The notes beneath the pieces were generated by a model. The model was given only the letters and a program-made list of their open reading frames with translations, was not told the DNA's origin and did no database searches. A stretch of DNA of 64,000 bases, taken from assembly GCA_965248835.1 (NCBI GenBank), contig CBDFLJ010000002.1:1600001-1664000 (forward strand). Reading direction: 5' to 3'. This document shows positions 19,139-31,094 of the stretch, piece after piece. Both the position numbers and the translations under genes were made by a program. The first letter of the stretch is position 1. Each line of letters opens with the position of its first letter. Source of the DNA: Alphaproteobacteria bacterium (GTDB lineage Bacteria; Pseudomonadota; Alphaproteobacteria; MPNO01).

Positions 19139-19981
19139 ATGGCCGATCGGGTCCTCGAGGGCAAGGTGGTGATGATGACCGGCGCCGCGCGCGGCATGGG
19201 CCGGATGATGTCGCTCGCTCTGGCGGAGGCCGGTGCGAAGGTCGCGATGATAGACATCGACGAAGACGTGCTCGCGGCCGCCCGGGCCGATGTCGAGGCC
19301 GCCGGCGGCCAGGGCTGTGCGGTCGATCTGCCGTGCGACGTCACCATTGCGGAGGCCGCCCGGGCCGCGCTCGACTCGGTGCTGTCGCGCTTCGGCCGGC
19401 TCGACGTGCTGGTCAACGACGCGGTTGTCGGACCGGAGCGGATCGGCGATCACTTCTTCACCGACCCGCCCAAATTCTGGGAGCTCGACGACGCCCTGTG
19501 GCGCAAGATGCTCGACGTCAACGTCTTCGGGCCGCAGCTGATGGCCCGCACCGTCGTGCCGACGATGCTGGAGGCCGGCCACGGCCGGATCGTCAACGTG
19601 ACCACCAGCCTGAACACCATGTACCGGGCCGGTGCCGGCGCCTACGGCCCCTCGAAGGCGGCGCTGGAGGCCCACACAAGGATCATGGCCCACGACCTGG
19701 AAGGCACCGGCGTGAGCGTCAACATCCTGATCCCCGGCGGGCCGGTGAACACCCGGATGATCCCCGAGGCGAGCGGCGTCGACCGGACCGCCCTGATTCA
19801 GCCGGAGGTCATGCGCGAGCCGATCGTCTGGCTGTGCTCCGACGATGCCGAGGGCATCAGCGGGTTGAGGTTCATCGCGCTGCGCTGGGATCCGGACCTG
19901 GACCGCGAGGCGCGGATCGAACAGGCAAGCGCCCCGGTGGCGTGGCCGCAGCTCGGCACCCAGTCGGTTCAGCCGGATTAG
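19139..19981 (+). CDS. Classical SDR oxidoreductase
   Basis: TGAARGMG, LDVLVND, YGPSK. Confidence 0.88.
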   Translation: MADRVLEGKVVMMTGAARGMGRMMSLALAEAGAKVAMIDIDEDVLAAARADVEAAGGQGCAVDLPCDVTIAEAARAALDSVLSRFGRLDVLVNDAVVGPERIGDHFFTDPPKFWELDDALWRKMLDVNVFGPQLMARTVVPTMLEAGHGRIVNVTTSLNTMYRAGAGAYGPSKAALEAHTRIMAHDLEGTGVSVNILIPGGPVNTRMIPEASGVDRTALIQPEVMREPIVWLCSDDAEGISGLRFIALRWDPDLDREARIEQASAPVAWPQLGTQSVQPD

Positions 19982-20008
19982 CCGCACGCTGCGACGCCGG
20001 CCGAACCA

Positions 20009-21016
20009 TCACCCCGGAACGCGCGCAGCCGCACTTTCGTGGAGGCCGTACTCGCCGGTCTCCATCAGCTTGGCGAGTGCGGTCGCTGCCGGTGTCATGG
20101 TGAGGCTCGCCCGGGTCTCGAGCAGCCACGCCTGATAGGGCTCGGCAACGTCCTCCTCGGCGCCGTGGTGGGCGACGCCCTTGGGCGTCCAGGCGATGGT
20201 GCCGGGCTTGTCCATGCCGCCATAGGCCCCCGGCCCGCCGGCGAAAACGATGACCTCGTCGAAATCGGCGTTGCAGTGGATCGGCGGCCGGTCACTGCGC
20301 CGCGAGCCCAGGTGGTAGAACAGCACCGCACCGGCGGCATCGTCGATCAGCCGGCCCGGCACGATGCCGCCGTTGGTCACGCCCAGCCCGCGCGCGCTTT
20401 CGATATTGAACCGGCGCACCTGCGCTGCCCCGACGACATCCGTGCAGGCCAGCGGATCGAAATCGTAGAAGTACGACGTCACGCCGCCGGCGTGCCGGAC
20501 GACGACCTCGTGCTCGCCGCCGGCATCCCCGAACGGCCTCGGCCCATCGACATCGAGCGCCGCGTTGAGCACCGCGCGGGGCTCGGGTGATACCTCGAGA
20601 GGCCCGGCGCTGGTCACCACGATCGCCGCCAGCGCCTCGCTCACCGCGCCGATGCGGTAGGCGACCGCCTTGGGAATCAGCACGAAATCGCCGGATTGCA
20701 ACGCGAGCGCGCCGAAATCGGTCTCCAGGCGCGCCCGGCCGGCAACGACGTAGTGCACCTCGTCGCCGGTCACGTTGCGCAGCGCGAAGCCCATCGGCCC
20801 GTCGTGATGGGCGACCGCGACACTCACGCCATCGGCCTCCAGCAGGGTGAGCGGCAGGCCGCGCGGGGTGTCGGGGACGCCGTCGATGTCGAATCGCCGC
20901 GGGGCATAGGTGCCCTCGATCCGCGTATAGGCCGGCGCATAGCCGGCGCGCACCGCGTTGGTCCGCGTACCGGCGAACCCGTTGCGGGTGTAGTTGTAGA
21001 TCGGTGTCTCAGACAT
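20009..21016 (-). CDS. Homogentisate 1,2-dioxygenase-like cupin (short, divergent)
   Basis: YTRNGFAG, RNVTGDEVHY, ETDFGAL, GDFVLIPK, PPIHCNADFDE, PKGVAHHG. The His/Glu/His iron triad appears to be retained. Confidence 0.65.
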   Translation of the reverse strand: MSETPIYNYTRNGFAGTRTNAVRAGYAPAYTRIEGTYAPRRFDIDGVPDTPRGLPLTLLEADGVSVAVAHHDGPMGFALRNVTGDEVHYVVAGRARLETDFGALALQSGDFVLIPKAVAYRIGAVSEALAAIVVTSAGPLEVSPEPRAVLNAALDVDGPRPFGDAGGEHEVVVRHAGGVTSYFYDFDPLACTDVVGAAQVRRFNIESARGLGVTNGGIVPGRLIDDAAGAVLFYHLGSRRSDRPPIHCNADFDEVIVFAGGPGAYGGMDKPGTIAWTPKGVAHHGAEEDVAEPYQAWLLETRASLTMTPAATALAKLMETGEYGLHESAAARVPG

Positions 21017-21130
21017 GCCTGGGTTCCCCGCTGGAGGGCAGATGCCGGTTGCCAGGATGAACATCTCCGGCGCCGTCTCGGGCGGCTCTCATCGTGGCAG
21101 CCCCGGCGCGAGACGACAACCGGGCGGTTC

Positions 21131-21925
21131 CTATTCGACGACCCAGCGTGGCTTGCGGCGTTCCAGGAAGGCGCCGATGCCTTCCTTGGCGGCCTCGGAA
21201 CTGCGGGTGCCGACGTTCCAGGAAAGCGCGGTCTCCAGCAGCGCCTGGTCGGGGGCTGCGCCCATTTCGGCGAGCAGGGCCTTGGTCGCTGCCACCGCTT
21301 CGGGCGAGGCGGCGAGCGCGAGCTTGCAATGCGCCTCCACCCTGGCGTCGAGATCGGCCTGGTCGGCCGCGACCTCGTGGATCAGCCCGGCGCGGACGGC
21401 CTCCTCGGTCTCGAAGACGATCGCCCCGATGGCGAAATAGCGCAGCCAGCCGGGGCCGATCCTGGGCAGCAGAAAGCTCGAGATGATGCCGGGCGCGAGC
21501 CCGATCCGCACCTCGGAAAGGCAGAATTTGGTTGCCGCGGCGGCGACCGCCACGTCGCAGCAGGAAACCAGCCCCAACGCACCGGCCATCGCCGCACCAT
21601 GGACGCAGGCGATGGTCATCTTCGGGCAAGCGGCAAGCGCGGCATACATCGCCTGGAGACGCCGCGAGTCCGCGGCGACCTCCTCAAGGCTCGCCCCCTC
21701 GGTATCGCGCATCCAGTTGAGATCGGCACCGGCGCAGAAGACCGGGCCGTTGCCCCGGAGCACGATCGCGCGCACCGCCTCCTCGGCGCCGAGTTCGGCA
21801 ACCGAGGCGGCGAGCTCGTCCATCATCTGCGGATTCATCGCATTGCGCACCGCCGGTCGATCGAGGGTGATGGTGGCAATCCCGCGCCGATCGCGCGAGA
21901 CGGCGAGCGTCCCGGTCTCCTGCAT
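21131..21925 (-). CDS. Enoyl-CoA hydratase (methylglutaconyl-CoA hydratase-like)
   Basis: LDRPAVRNA, FCAGADLNWM, LSEVRIGLAP, EGIGAFLERRKPRW. Confidence 0.87.
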   Translation of the reverse strand: MQETGTLAVSRDRRGIATITLDRPAVRNAMNPQMMDELAASVAELGAEEAVRAIVLRGNGPVFCAGADLNWMRDTEGASLEEVAADSRRLQAMYAALAACPKMTIACVHGAAMAGALGLVSCCDVAVAAAATKFCLSEVRIGLAPGIISSFLLPRIGPGWLRYFAIGAIVFETEEAVRAGLIHEVAADQADLDARVEAHCKLALAASPEAVAATKALLAEMGAAPDQALLETALSWNVGTRSSEAAKEGIGAFLERRKPRWVVE

Positions 21926-21927
21926 GC

Positions 21928-23514
21928 TCACCCCTCCTCGGGGATCCGAAGCCGGCCCTTGATCACCTTGCGGGTCGGCGTCAGCGGCAGAGTATCGACC
22001 AGAACCAGGCGTTCCGGCCATTTGAGCTTGGCGATCCCTTCGCGCCCCAGCCAGTCGGTGATGCCGGCCAGGCCCGGCTGGGTGCCGGGCCGCGCGACGG
22101 CGAAGCAGCACGACCGCTCGCCGAGCACGGCATCGGGCATCGGCACGATCGCCGATTGGACGATGTCGGGATGGCGGTCGATCGCCTCCTCGACATCCGC
22201 CGGGTTGATCTTCATCCCGCCGCGGTTGATCAGGTCCTTCTGCCGGCCGGTTACCGTGACCGCCCCGTCGGCGGCGATGATCGCAAGGTCGCCGGTGCGG
22301 AACCAGCCGCCGTCGACGAAGGAATCCGCGTTGACGGCATCGTTGCGGTAATAGCCGTCAAACACCGAGACGCCGCGGATCTGAAGCTCGCCCTCCTCAC
22401 CGGCCGGCAGTACGGTGCCGTCCGGCGCGCAGACCCGCACCTGATTGCCGGGGCTCGGCCGGCCGGCACCGGATGAAGCGGCCTCGACGGTCTCCTCGGG
22501 CCGGGTGAACATGCCGCACTGGGTTTCCGTCATGCCCCAGAGCTGGGCGATCCGCCCGTTGGCGAGCGCCTTCTGGGCGTCGTGGAACAGATCCGGCGCG
22601 GCCACCGCGCCAGAGACCACCATGTACGCGACCGAGGACAAAGGCTCGGGCTCCAGCAGCCCGGCCGCGCGGCAGGCCGCGATATGGGCCGGGGCGAGGA
22701 ACACGTGGCTCGGCGCGAGGCGGGCACAGGCTTCGATGAGGCCCGCCGGCGAGAAGGCGGGCAACAGCGCCGTCGCGCCGCCGCCGTAAAGCGTCAGGTG
22801 GAAGGAATAAAGCCCGAGCAGGTGCGAATACGGCGCGCACGACAGCATGATCGAGTCCGCACGCATCTGTTTCTCGGTATGGTTCAGCCGCGCGTTGGCG
22901 AGGAACCGCCGGTAGTCGGTGCGCACCGCTTTCGGACTCGATGAGGTGCCCGAGGTGAACAGCATGATATAGGGATCGGCGGCCTTCGGCGGTGCGGGAA
23001 GCGGTCGATCACCACCGCCGGCCATGAGATCGGCGAATGCAAGCGCGCCGGGAGGGGCGTCTCCGCCGACGGCGATCACATGCTCGAGGTCGGCAAGCGA
23101 GCCCGCAAGCGCAGCCAGTTCGGCAGCCGGCCGGCGATCGCCCGCCGCCGCCGATGCCAGGACCGCCTTGGCCTTGGCATGGCCGAGGATGTCCGCCGCC
23201 TCGCGCGGTCCATAGGGCATGTGGATGGTGCTGGTGACCGCGCCCAGCCGTGCCGCGGCGAGGACGGCGATGAGGAATTCCGCGACGTTGGGTAGCTGCA
23301 GGCTGATGCCGTCGCCGCGCCCGAGACCCAGGCCGACAAACGCCCCGGCAAGGCGGTCGACCTGCGCGGCGAGATCGGCGTAGTCGATCATCCCCTCGCC
23401 GGTGATGATTGCCGGCGCGCCAGGTGTGCGATCCGCCAGCCCGGCCAGCAGGCTGGAAAGCGTATCCTCGCTCCACAGGTGTGAGCCGTCGCTCCTCGGG
23501 GTCGGGGACATCAT
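21928..23514 (-). CDS. Acyl-/aryl-CoA ligase (ANL family; cyclohexanecarboxylate-CoA ligase-like)
   Basis: FTSGTSSSPK, WGMTE, FRTGD, GRQKDLINRGG, KWPERL, TPTRKV. Confidence 0.9.
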   Translation of the reverse strand: MMSPTPRSDGSHLWSEDTLSSLLAGLADRTPGAPAIITGEGMIDYADLAAQVDRLAGAFVGLGLGRGDGISLQLPNVAEFLIAVLAAARLGAVTSTIHMPYGPREAADILGHAKAKAVLASAAAGDRRPAAELAALAGSLADLEHVIAVGGDAPPGALAFADLMAGGGDRPLPAPPKAADPYIMLFTSGTSSSPKAVRTDYRRFLANARLNHTEKQMRADSIMLSCAPYSHLLGLYSFHLTLYGGGATALLPAFSPAGLIEACARLAPSHVFLAPAHIAACRAAGLLEPEPLSSVAYMVVSGAVAAPDLFHDAQKALANGRIAQLWGMTETQCGMFTRPEETVEAASSGAGRPSPGNQVRVCAPDGTVLPAGEEGELQIRGVSVFDGYYRNDAVNADSFVDGGWFRTGDLAIIAADGAVTVTGRQKDLINRGGMKINPADVEEAIDRHPDIVQSAIVPMPDAVLGERSCCFAVARPGTQPGLAGITDWLGREGIAKLKWPERLVLVDTLPLTPTRKVIKGRLRIPEEG

Positions 23515-23666
23515 CGCCGCGGCACGATCACTGTTCGGATACCGATCGGCGATGATGCGGCAGCGCAGCGTCCCGTTCAAGCAGCGCAGGCCGGACCGAC
23601 TCGATCCGATCGGGACATGGCTTAGAATGACCGGGTTGGTGGGGTGCAATTTCCGGGAGGTGTGCG

Positions 23667-24707
23667 ATGCCGTTCCTGTGCAATGCTTGGTATGTCGCCT
23701 GCTGGGCCGAGGACCTCGGCGCGGCGCCGCTCGCCCGAACGTTGCTCGACCAGAAGGTGGTGCTGTACCGCACGGCCGAGGGGACCGCGGTCGCGCTCGA
23801 GGACCGGTGCTGCCATCGCGCATTGCCGCTGTCGATGGGCCGTATCGAGGGCGACGGGCTGCGCTGCGGCTATCATGGGCTGCTGTTCGATGCCAAGGGG
23901 ACCTGCATCGAGGTGCCGGGGCAGAGCGCGATCCCGCCCGGTGCCGCGGTGCGGGCCTATCCGGTGATCGAGCGCTGGGCGGCCGTCTGGATCTGGATGG
24001 GCGATCCGGCGCTCGCCGACCCGGCTGCGGTCCCCGAGGTTTTCTGGCTCGACGATCCGGGCTGGACGGCCGCGCCCGGCTATCTGCGCGCCGAGGCCAA
24101 TTACCGGCTCCTGGTCGACAACTTGCTCGACCTCACCCATGTCAGCTACCTGCACCTCGGCACGCTTTCGGGCTCCGGAGACGTCGAGGCGGTCGTCCCG
24201 GTGACCACCCGGCGGCAGGGCGACCGGGTCCTGGTCGGGCGCATGCTCGAGGACGTGCTGGTCCCGCCGCTATACTCCGAGGCCAGCGGAATCACCGGCC
24301 AGGTCGACCGCTGGCAGTGGATCACCTGGCAGGCGCCGGCCAACGTCTTTTTCGATGTCGGATGCGCGCCGACCGGCACCGGGGCGCCCGACGGCGATCG
24401 CAGTCAGGGGGTCTCGATGTGGTCAACCCACCTGATCACGCCGGAGACTGAAACAACGACCCATTACCATTTCAGTTGGGCGCGCGATTTCAGGCTCGGT
24501 GATCGAGCGGTTACCGACCGCCTGCACGAGGGTGCGCGCAAGGCGTTCCTGGAGGATTTGGTCGTGCTCGAGGCCCAGCAGCGCGCCATCACCATTTCGG
24601 CCGGCGCGCCGATGATCGACATCAACATCGACAACGGCCCGCTGCAGTTCCGCGGGATCCTGGACCGGAAGATTGCCGCCGAAGCCGCTCGATCTGCGGC
24701 CGAATAG
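23667..24707 (+). CDS. Rieske oxygenase, VanA/TsaM-type (O-demethylase/monooxygenase)
   Basis: NAWYVA, CCHR..CGYHG Rieske motif, DNLLDLTHVSYLH, ED..LEAQQ. Confidence 0.9.
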   Translation: MPFLCNAWYVACWAEDLGAAPLARTLLDQKVVLYRTAEGTAVALEDRCCHRALPLSMGRIEGDGLRCGYHGLLFDAKGTCIEVPGQSAIPPGAAVRAYPVIERWAAVWIWMGDPALADPAAVPEVFWLDDPGWTAAPGYLRAEANYRLLVDNLLDLTHVSYLHLGTLSGSGDVEAVVPVTTRRQGDRVLVGRMLEDVLVPPLYSEASGITGQVDRWQWITWQAPANVFFDVGCAPTGTGAPDGDRSQGVSMWSTHLITPETETTTHYHFSWARDFRLGDRAVTDRLHEGARKAFLEDLVVLEAQQRAITISAGAPMIDINIDNGPLQFRGILDRKIAAEAARSAAE

Positions 24708-24788
24708 GCCCTCCCCCCGTGGCGCAGACCGGAATTTGTTGCTAGCGTCCGGTCCGAACACGACGAGAAATTCCACAGGAGTGCCGCC

Positions 24789-27173
24789 TTGTCGACCACC
24801 GCCCCGGTGACGCCCTTCGATGGACCGAACAGCTATGTCGGGCGCGTGCTCACGCGTCCCGGGGCGCGGCGCGCCGTGGCCGGCCGCGGCCGGTATACCG
24901 ACGACATCCAGCTTCCGAGGACGGCGCATGCGGCCTTCGTGCGCTGTCCATACGGCCGGGCACGGATCGTCTCGATCGAGACCGGCGCGGCACGGGCCGC
25001 ACCGGGCGTGGTCGCGGTGATGACCGGTGCGGAGCTGGCCGAGATCTGCCCGCCCTGGAGCGGGCTGCTGACCAGCTTCGAGGGCATGAAGGCCGCAACC
25101 CAGCATGCGCTTGCGGTCGACCAGGCGGTCTGGCAGGGCGAGCAGGCGGTGATCGTGGTCGCCCAGACCCGCGCCCAGGCCGAGGATGGGGCCGAACGCG
25201 TCGCCATCGAATGGCAGGAGCTGCCGGTCGCGATCGACAAGGAGACCGCGCTGGCGGCCGGAACAGCCCCCGTCCACCCCGATCTCGCCGACAATCTGGC
25301 TTGGCGGCGCGATATCGACAACGGCGATGTCGATGCCGCGATGGAAGCGGCCGATGTGGTCGTTGAGGAAACCTACACGTTCGGCCGGCACACCGCGGTC
25401 AGCCTGGAGCCGCGCGCCATCCTCGCCGACTTCGAACCGGGGACCGGGAAGCTCACGCTCTACACCTCGAGCCAGGTCCCGCATATGATCAAGACCGTGT
25501 TCGCACGCCACCTTCCGGTGGCCGAGCACAACATAAGGGTGGTCGCGCCCGATGTCGGCGGCTCGTTCGGGCTCAAGATCCACACCTACGGCGATGAGGT
25601 CGCGACCTGTGCGCTCGCCATCCGGCTCAAGCGGCCGGTCAAGTTCATCGCCGACCGGCTGGAATCCTTCGTCACCGATATCCACGCGCGCGAGCACCGC
25701 ATCGTACTCAGGATGGGCCTGACCGCCGACGGCAGGATCACCGCGCTGGACATGGACGACCTCTGCGGTGTCGGAGCCTATTCGCAATACCCGCGCACCT
25801 CGGTCTTCGAGGCGAACCAGGTGCTCAACATCACCGCCGGCCCATACGCCCATGAGAACTACCGCGCGGTGGCCCGCATCGTCTATCTAAACGCAGTGCC
25901 GACATCGCAGTACCGGGGGGTCGGGCACCCGATCGGCATCTCCGCGGGCGAGGCACTGCTCGACCTCGCAGCGGCAAGGCTCGGGATCGACCCCATCGAG
26001 ATCCGCCGCCGCAACCTGATGCCCGACGACGGCTATCCGCGCAGGACCGCCTCGGGCGTCCACGTCCAGGACCTGTCGCATCAGGCTTGCCTGGAGCGGC
26101 TGGTCGCGCGCATGGGATATGACGGGCTGCGCGCCGAGCAGGCGGCGCTGCGCGAAGACGGCGTCTACCGCGGCATCGGCATCGCGGCGTTCATCAAGGG
26201 GACCGCGCCCGGGCCGGAAGGCTACTACGGTGCCGGCCGGGCCCCGATCGCTTCGCAGGATGCGTGCACCATGAGCCTCGAGCCCTCCGGCGGCATCCTG
26301 TGCGCGGTCGGCGTGACCGAGCAGGGGCAAGGGGCGGATGCCGTCATGCGCCAGATCGCGGCGACCGCAGTGGGCGTGCCGATCGAGCACGTCCGGGTGA
26401 TCTCCGGCGATACCGACGCGGTGCCCTATGGCGGCGGCACCTATGCCAGCCGGGCGACGGCAATCGGCGGCGAGGCGACTTACCTTGCCGGGCGCGCGTT
26501 GCGGGCGGAGATCCTGCGGCTGGGGGGCGCGCTGCTGCAGTCCGCGCCGGAGACGCTCGATATCGTCTCGGGAAAGGTGGTCGATGCCGGATCGGATGCG
26601 GCCCGGATCCCGCTGGCCGAGATCGGGCGGATCGGCCATTTCCAGGTGGGCGAGCTGCCCAACGATGTCCAGCCGGAGCTCACCCAGACCCGGCACTTCC
26701 GCCTGCGCGAGAAGATCTACATCTTCACCAACGGCATCCACGGCGCCCATGTCGAAGTCGACATGGAGACCGGGTTCGTCACGCTGCTCGACCACTGGGT
26801 GGTCGAGGATTGCGGCCGGGTGATCAACCCCATGCTGGCCGACGAGCAGGTGCGCGGCGGCGTGATCCAGGGCATCGGCGGCGGGCTCTACGAGCACTGC
26901 ATCTACAGCGACAGCGGCCAGCTAATGAACGGCACCATGGTCGACTACCTGACGCCGATGGCCTTCGAGATGCCCGACATAGACGTCACCCACATCGAGA
27001 CGCCCACCGCGGAGTCCGAACTCGGCGCCAAGGGGATCGGCGAGTCCGGCGTCGGCGGTGCACCTTCGGCGGTGATGAACGCCGTCAACGACGCCCTGCT
27101 GCCTTTCCAGGCCCGGATCACCGCACACCCGATCACCCCGGAATCGATCCTCGCCGCGCTTGGCAAGGTCTGA
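24789..27173 (+). CDS. Xanthine dehydrogenase/CoxL-family molybdopterin large subunit #1
   Basis: GRGRYTDD, DVGGSFGLK, QYRGVG, QGQG, GGTYASR, DCGRVINP, KGIGE; TTG start. Confidence 0.92.
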   Translation: MSTTAPVTPFDGPNSYVGRVLTRPGARRAVAGRGRYTDDIQLPRTAHAAFVRCPYGRARIVSIETGAARAAPGVVAVMTGAELAEICPPWSGLLTSFEGMKAATQHALAVDQAVWQGEQAVIVVAQTRAQAEDGAERVAIEWQELPVAIDKETALAAGTAPVHPDLADNLAWRRDIDNGDVDAAMEAADVVVEETYTFGRHTAVSLEPRAILADFEPGTGKLTLYTSSQVPHMIKTVFARHLPVAEHNIRVVAPDVGGSFGLKIHTYGDEVATCALAIRLKRPVKFIADRLESFVTDIHAREHRIVLRMGLTADGRITALDMDDLCGVGAYSQYPRTSVFEANQVLNITAGPYAHENYRAVARIVYLNAVPTSQYRGVGHPIGISAGEALLDLAAARLGIDPIEIRRRNLMPDDGYPRRTASGVHVQDLSHQACLERLVARMGYDGLRAEQAALREDGVYRGIGIAAFIKGTAPGPEGYYGAGRAPIASQDACTMSLEPSGGILCAVGVTEQGQGADAVMRQIAATAVGVPIEHVRVISGDTDAVPYGGGTYASRATAIGGEATYLAGRALRAEILRLGGALLQSAPETLDIVSGKVVDAGSDAARIPLAEIGRIGHFQVGELPNDVQPELTQTRHFRLREKIYIFTNGIHGAHVEVDMETGFVTLLDHWVVEDCGRVINPMLADEQVRGGVIQGIGGGLYEHCIYSDSGQLMNGTMVDYLTPMAFEMPDIDVTHIETPTAESELGAKGIGESGVGGAPSAVMNAVNDALLPFQARITAHPITPESILAALGKV

Positions 27174-27224
27174 CCACGGACGGTCGGTCGGGGTAAGATT
27201 GGGGCCGAAAAAGCGGGAGGGACT

Positions 27225-27863
27225 GTGATGTCGGTTCGGTTCGAAAAGGTGATGCCGCCCAAGACCGGGCTCGCGGTGGAGGTCGCCCAAGGCCAGAAGC
27301 TGCGGGTCATCGATCTCGAAGGCCAACAGGTCGTCGACATGGCCGTCTTCAACCGCGAGAACCTGCGCGAGAAACTGTCGACGTCCTACTCACGCACCCG
27401 CTATACCCCCGAGCCTGGCCAGGACTATGTGCCGCGCGACAAGCTGCTCCAGGGCGACACGCTGATGTCGACGATCTGCCAGCCGATGATGCGCATCCTC
27501 GAGGAGACGCCCGAGCCCAAGGGCGTTCACGACGTCCACAACCGGATGTGCTGCCGGTTCCTATACGAATCCCACGGCATCGGCCCGATCGACGGCTGCC
27601 ACGAGATCATTGCCAAGGCCGTCGCGCCCTACGGCCTGCTGCCGGAGGACATCCCCGACACGATGGACCTGTTCATGAACTATCACCACGACTGCGCGCA
27701 GGGCCGTTGGGTGATCGGCCTGCCGGTCTCCAAGCCCGGCGACTATATCGAGTTCGAGGCGCTGATGGACTGCCTGGTCGGGCTGTCGAACTGTCCGATG
27801 GACGTGCTCGCCCCGTGCAACGCCTACAACTGCACCCCGGTCAAGGTCGAGATCAGGGGCTGA
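27225..27863 (+). CDS. DUF1989 (urea carboxylase-associated/CgdAB-like) protein
   Basis: LRVIDLEGQQVVD, HD..CC, GC, LFMN, SKPGDYIEFEA, SNCPMD..CN. Confidence 0.85.
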   Translation: MMSVRFEKVMPPKTGLAVEVAQGQKLRVIDLEGQQVVDMAVFNRENLREKLSTSYSRTRYTPEPGQDYVPRDKLLQGDTLMSTICQPMMRILEETPEPKGVHDVHNRMCCRFLYESHGIGPIDGCHEIIAKAVAPYGLLPEDIPDTMDLFMNYHHDCAQGRWVIGLPVSKPGDYIEFEALMDCLVGLSNCPMDVLAPCNAYNCTPVKVEIRG

Positions 27864-27876
27864 GCGTTCAGCGCGT

Positions 27877-28701
27877 TCAGCGGGGCACCTCGCCCCGGAC
27901 GGCAAACCGCCGCAGGATGCGCGGCTCGGACGGATCGAAGTCGGTCCGTCCGTGGAGCAGGCAGCGGTTGTCCCAGATCAACAGGTCGCCGGTCTGCCAG
28001 GGGTGGGTGTAGATGTAGCGCTCGTCCTCGATGCGCTCGAACAGCTCATCGAGGATCTCGCGCGCCTCGTCCTCGTCGATGTCGACCAGTTCCTGGGTCA
28101 TCAGCCGGTTGACGTAGATCGACCGCTTGCCGGTCTCGGGGTGGTAGCGCACGACCGGGTGGGCATGGTGCGGCGCATCGGGCTTCCAGTCCTCGAACTT
28201 CTTGCAGCTATTCGGCGTGAAATAGTCGTAGTAGTTGACGCCCTTGATACCCTCGGTCCGCTGCTTGGTCGCCTCGGGCAAGTCCTCGTAGGCCGCGATG
28301 CAGTCCGAAAACCTGGTGTGGCCGCCGCTCCCGGGGGTCGCGATGCCGTAGAGGCTGGTGCATTTGCCGGGCGTATCGAAATAGCACTGGTCGGAATGCA
28401 GCCACATGTCGCCATTCGGCAGCACGCCGTCCTCGCGGACGTTGGAGACGTGCATCATGCCGACGATCTCCTTGGACTCCACGTCGACCACCGTGCGCTC
28501 GGCCTGAATCTCGCCATAGACCTGGCAATAGCGCATGTGCTCCAGGTCGGTTAAGCCCTCCTGGCGGACCAGCACGACGTGACAGTCGAGCAGCGCTTGG
28601 CGCAGTGTCGCAGCGTCGTTCTCGACGATCGGCTTGCGCAGGTCGAGCCCGATGATCTCGACACCCATGACTTCGGACAGCGGCTCCAGCGTCAGCGACA
28701 T
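27877..28701 (-). CDS. TauD/TfdA-family Fe(II)/2-oxoglutarate dioxygenase
   Basis: GVEIIGLDL, HSD (HxD), GGHTRF, HPVVRYHPETG, WDNRCLLHGR. Confidence 0.92.
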   Translation of the reverse strand: MSLTLEPLSEVMGVEIIGLDLRKPIVENDAATLRQALLDCHVVLVRQEGLTDLEHMRYCQVYGEIQAERTVVDVESKEIVGMMHVSNVREDGVLPNGDMWLHSDQCYFDTPGKCTSLYGIATPGSGGHTRFSDCIAAYEDLPEATKQRTEGIKGVNYYDYFTPNSCKKFEDWKPDAPHHAHPVVRYHPETGKRSIYVNRLMTQELVDIDEDEAREILDELFERIEDERYIYTHPWQTGDLLIWDNRCLLHGRTDFDPSEPRILRRFAVRGEVPR

Positions 28702-28721
28702 AACATGGTCTCCCAAGTTCG

Positions 28722-31061
<2,340 letters not shown>

Positions 31062-31094
31062 GGCGATCCTGTCCTTGCTGGTCCTTGTTGGACG

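Noticed and set aside
24720-24742. Possible sigma54 promoter TGGCGC..TTGC upstream of CoxL #1
   Set aside because: The GG and GC are separated by 18 nt rather than the required 10.
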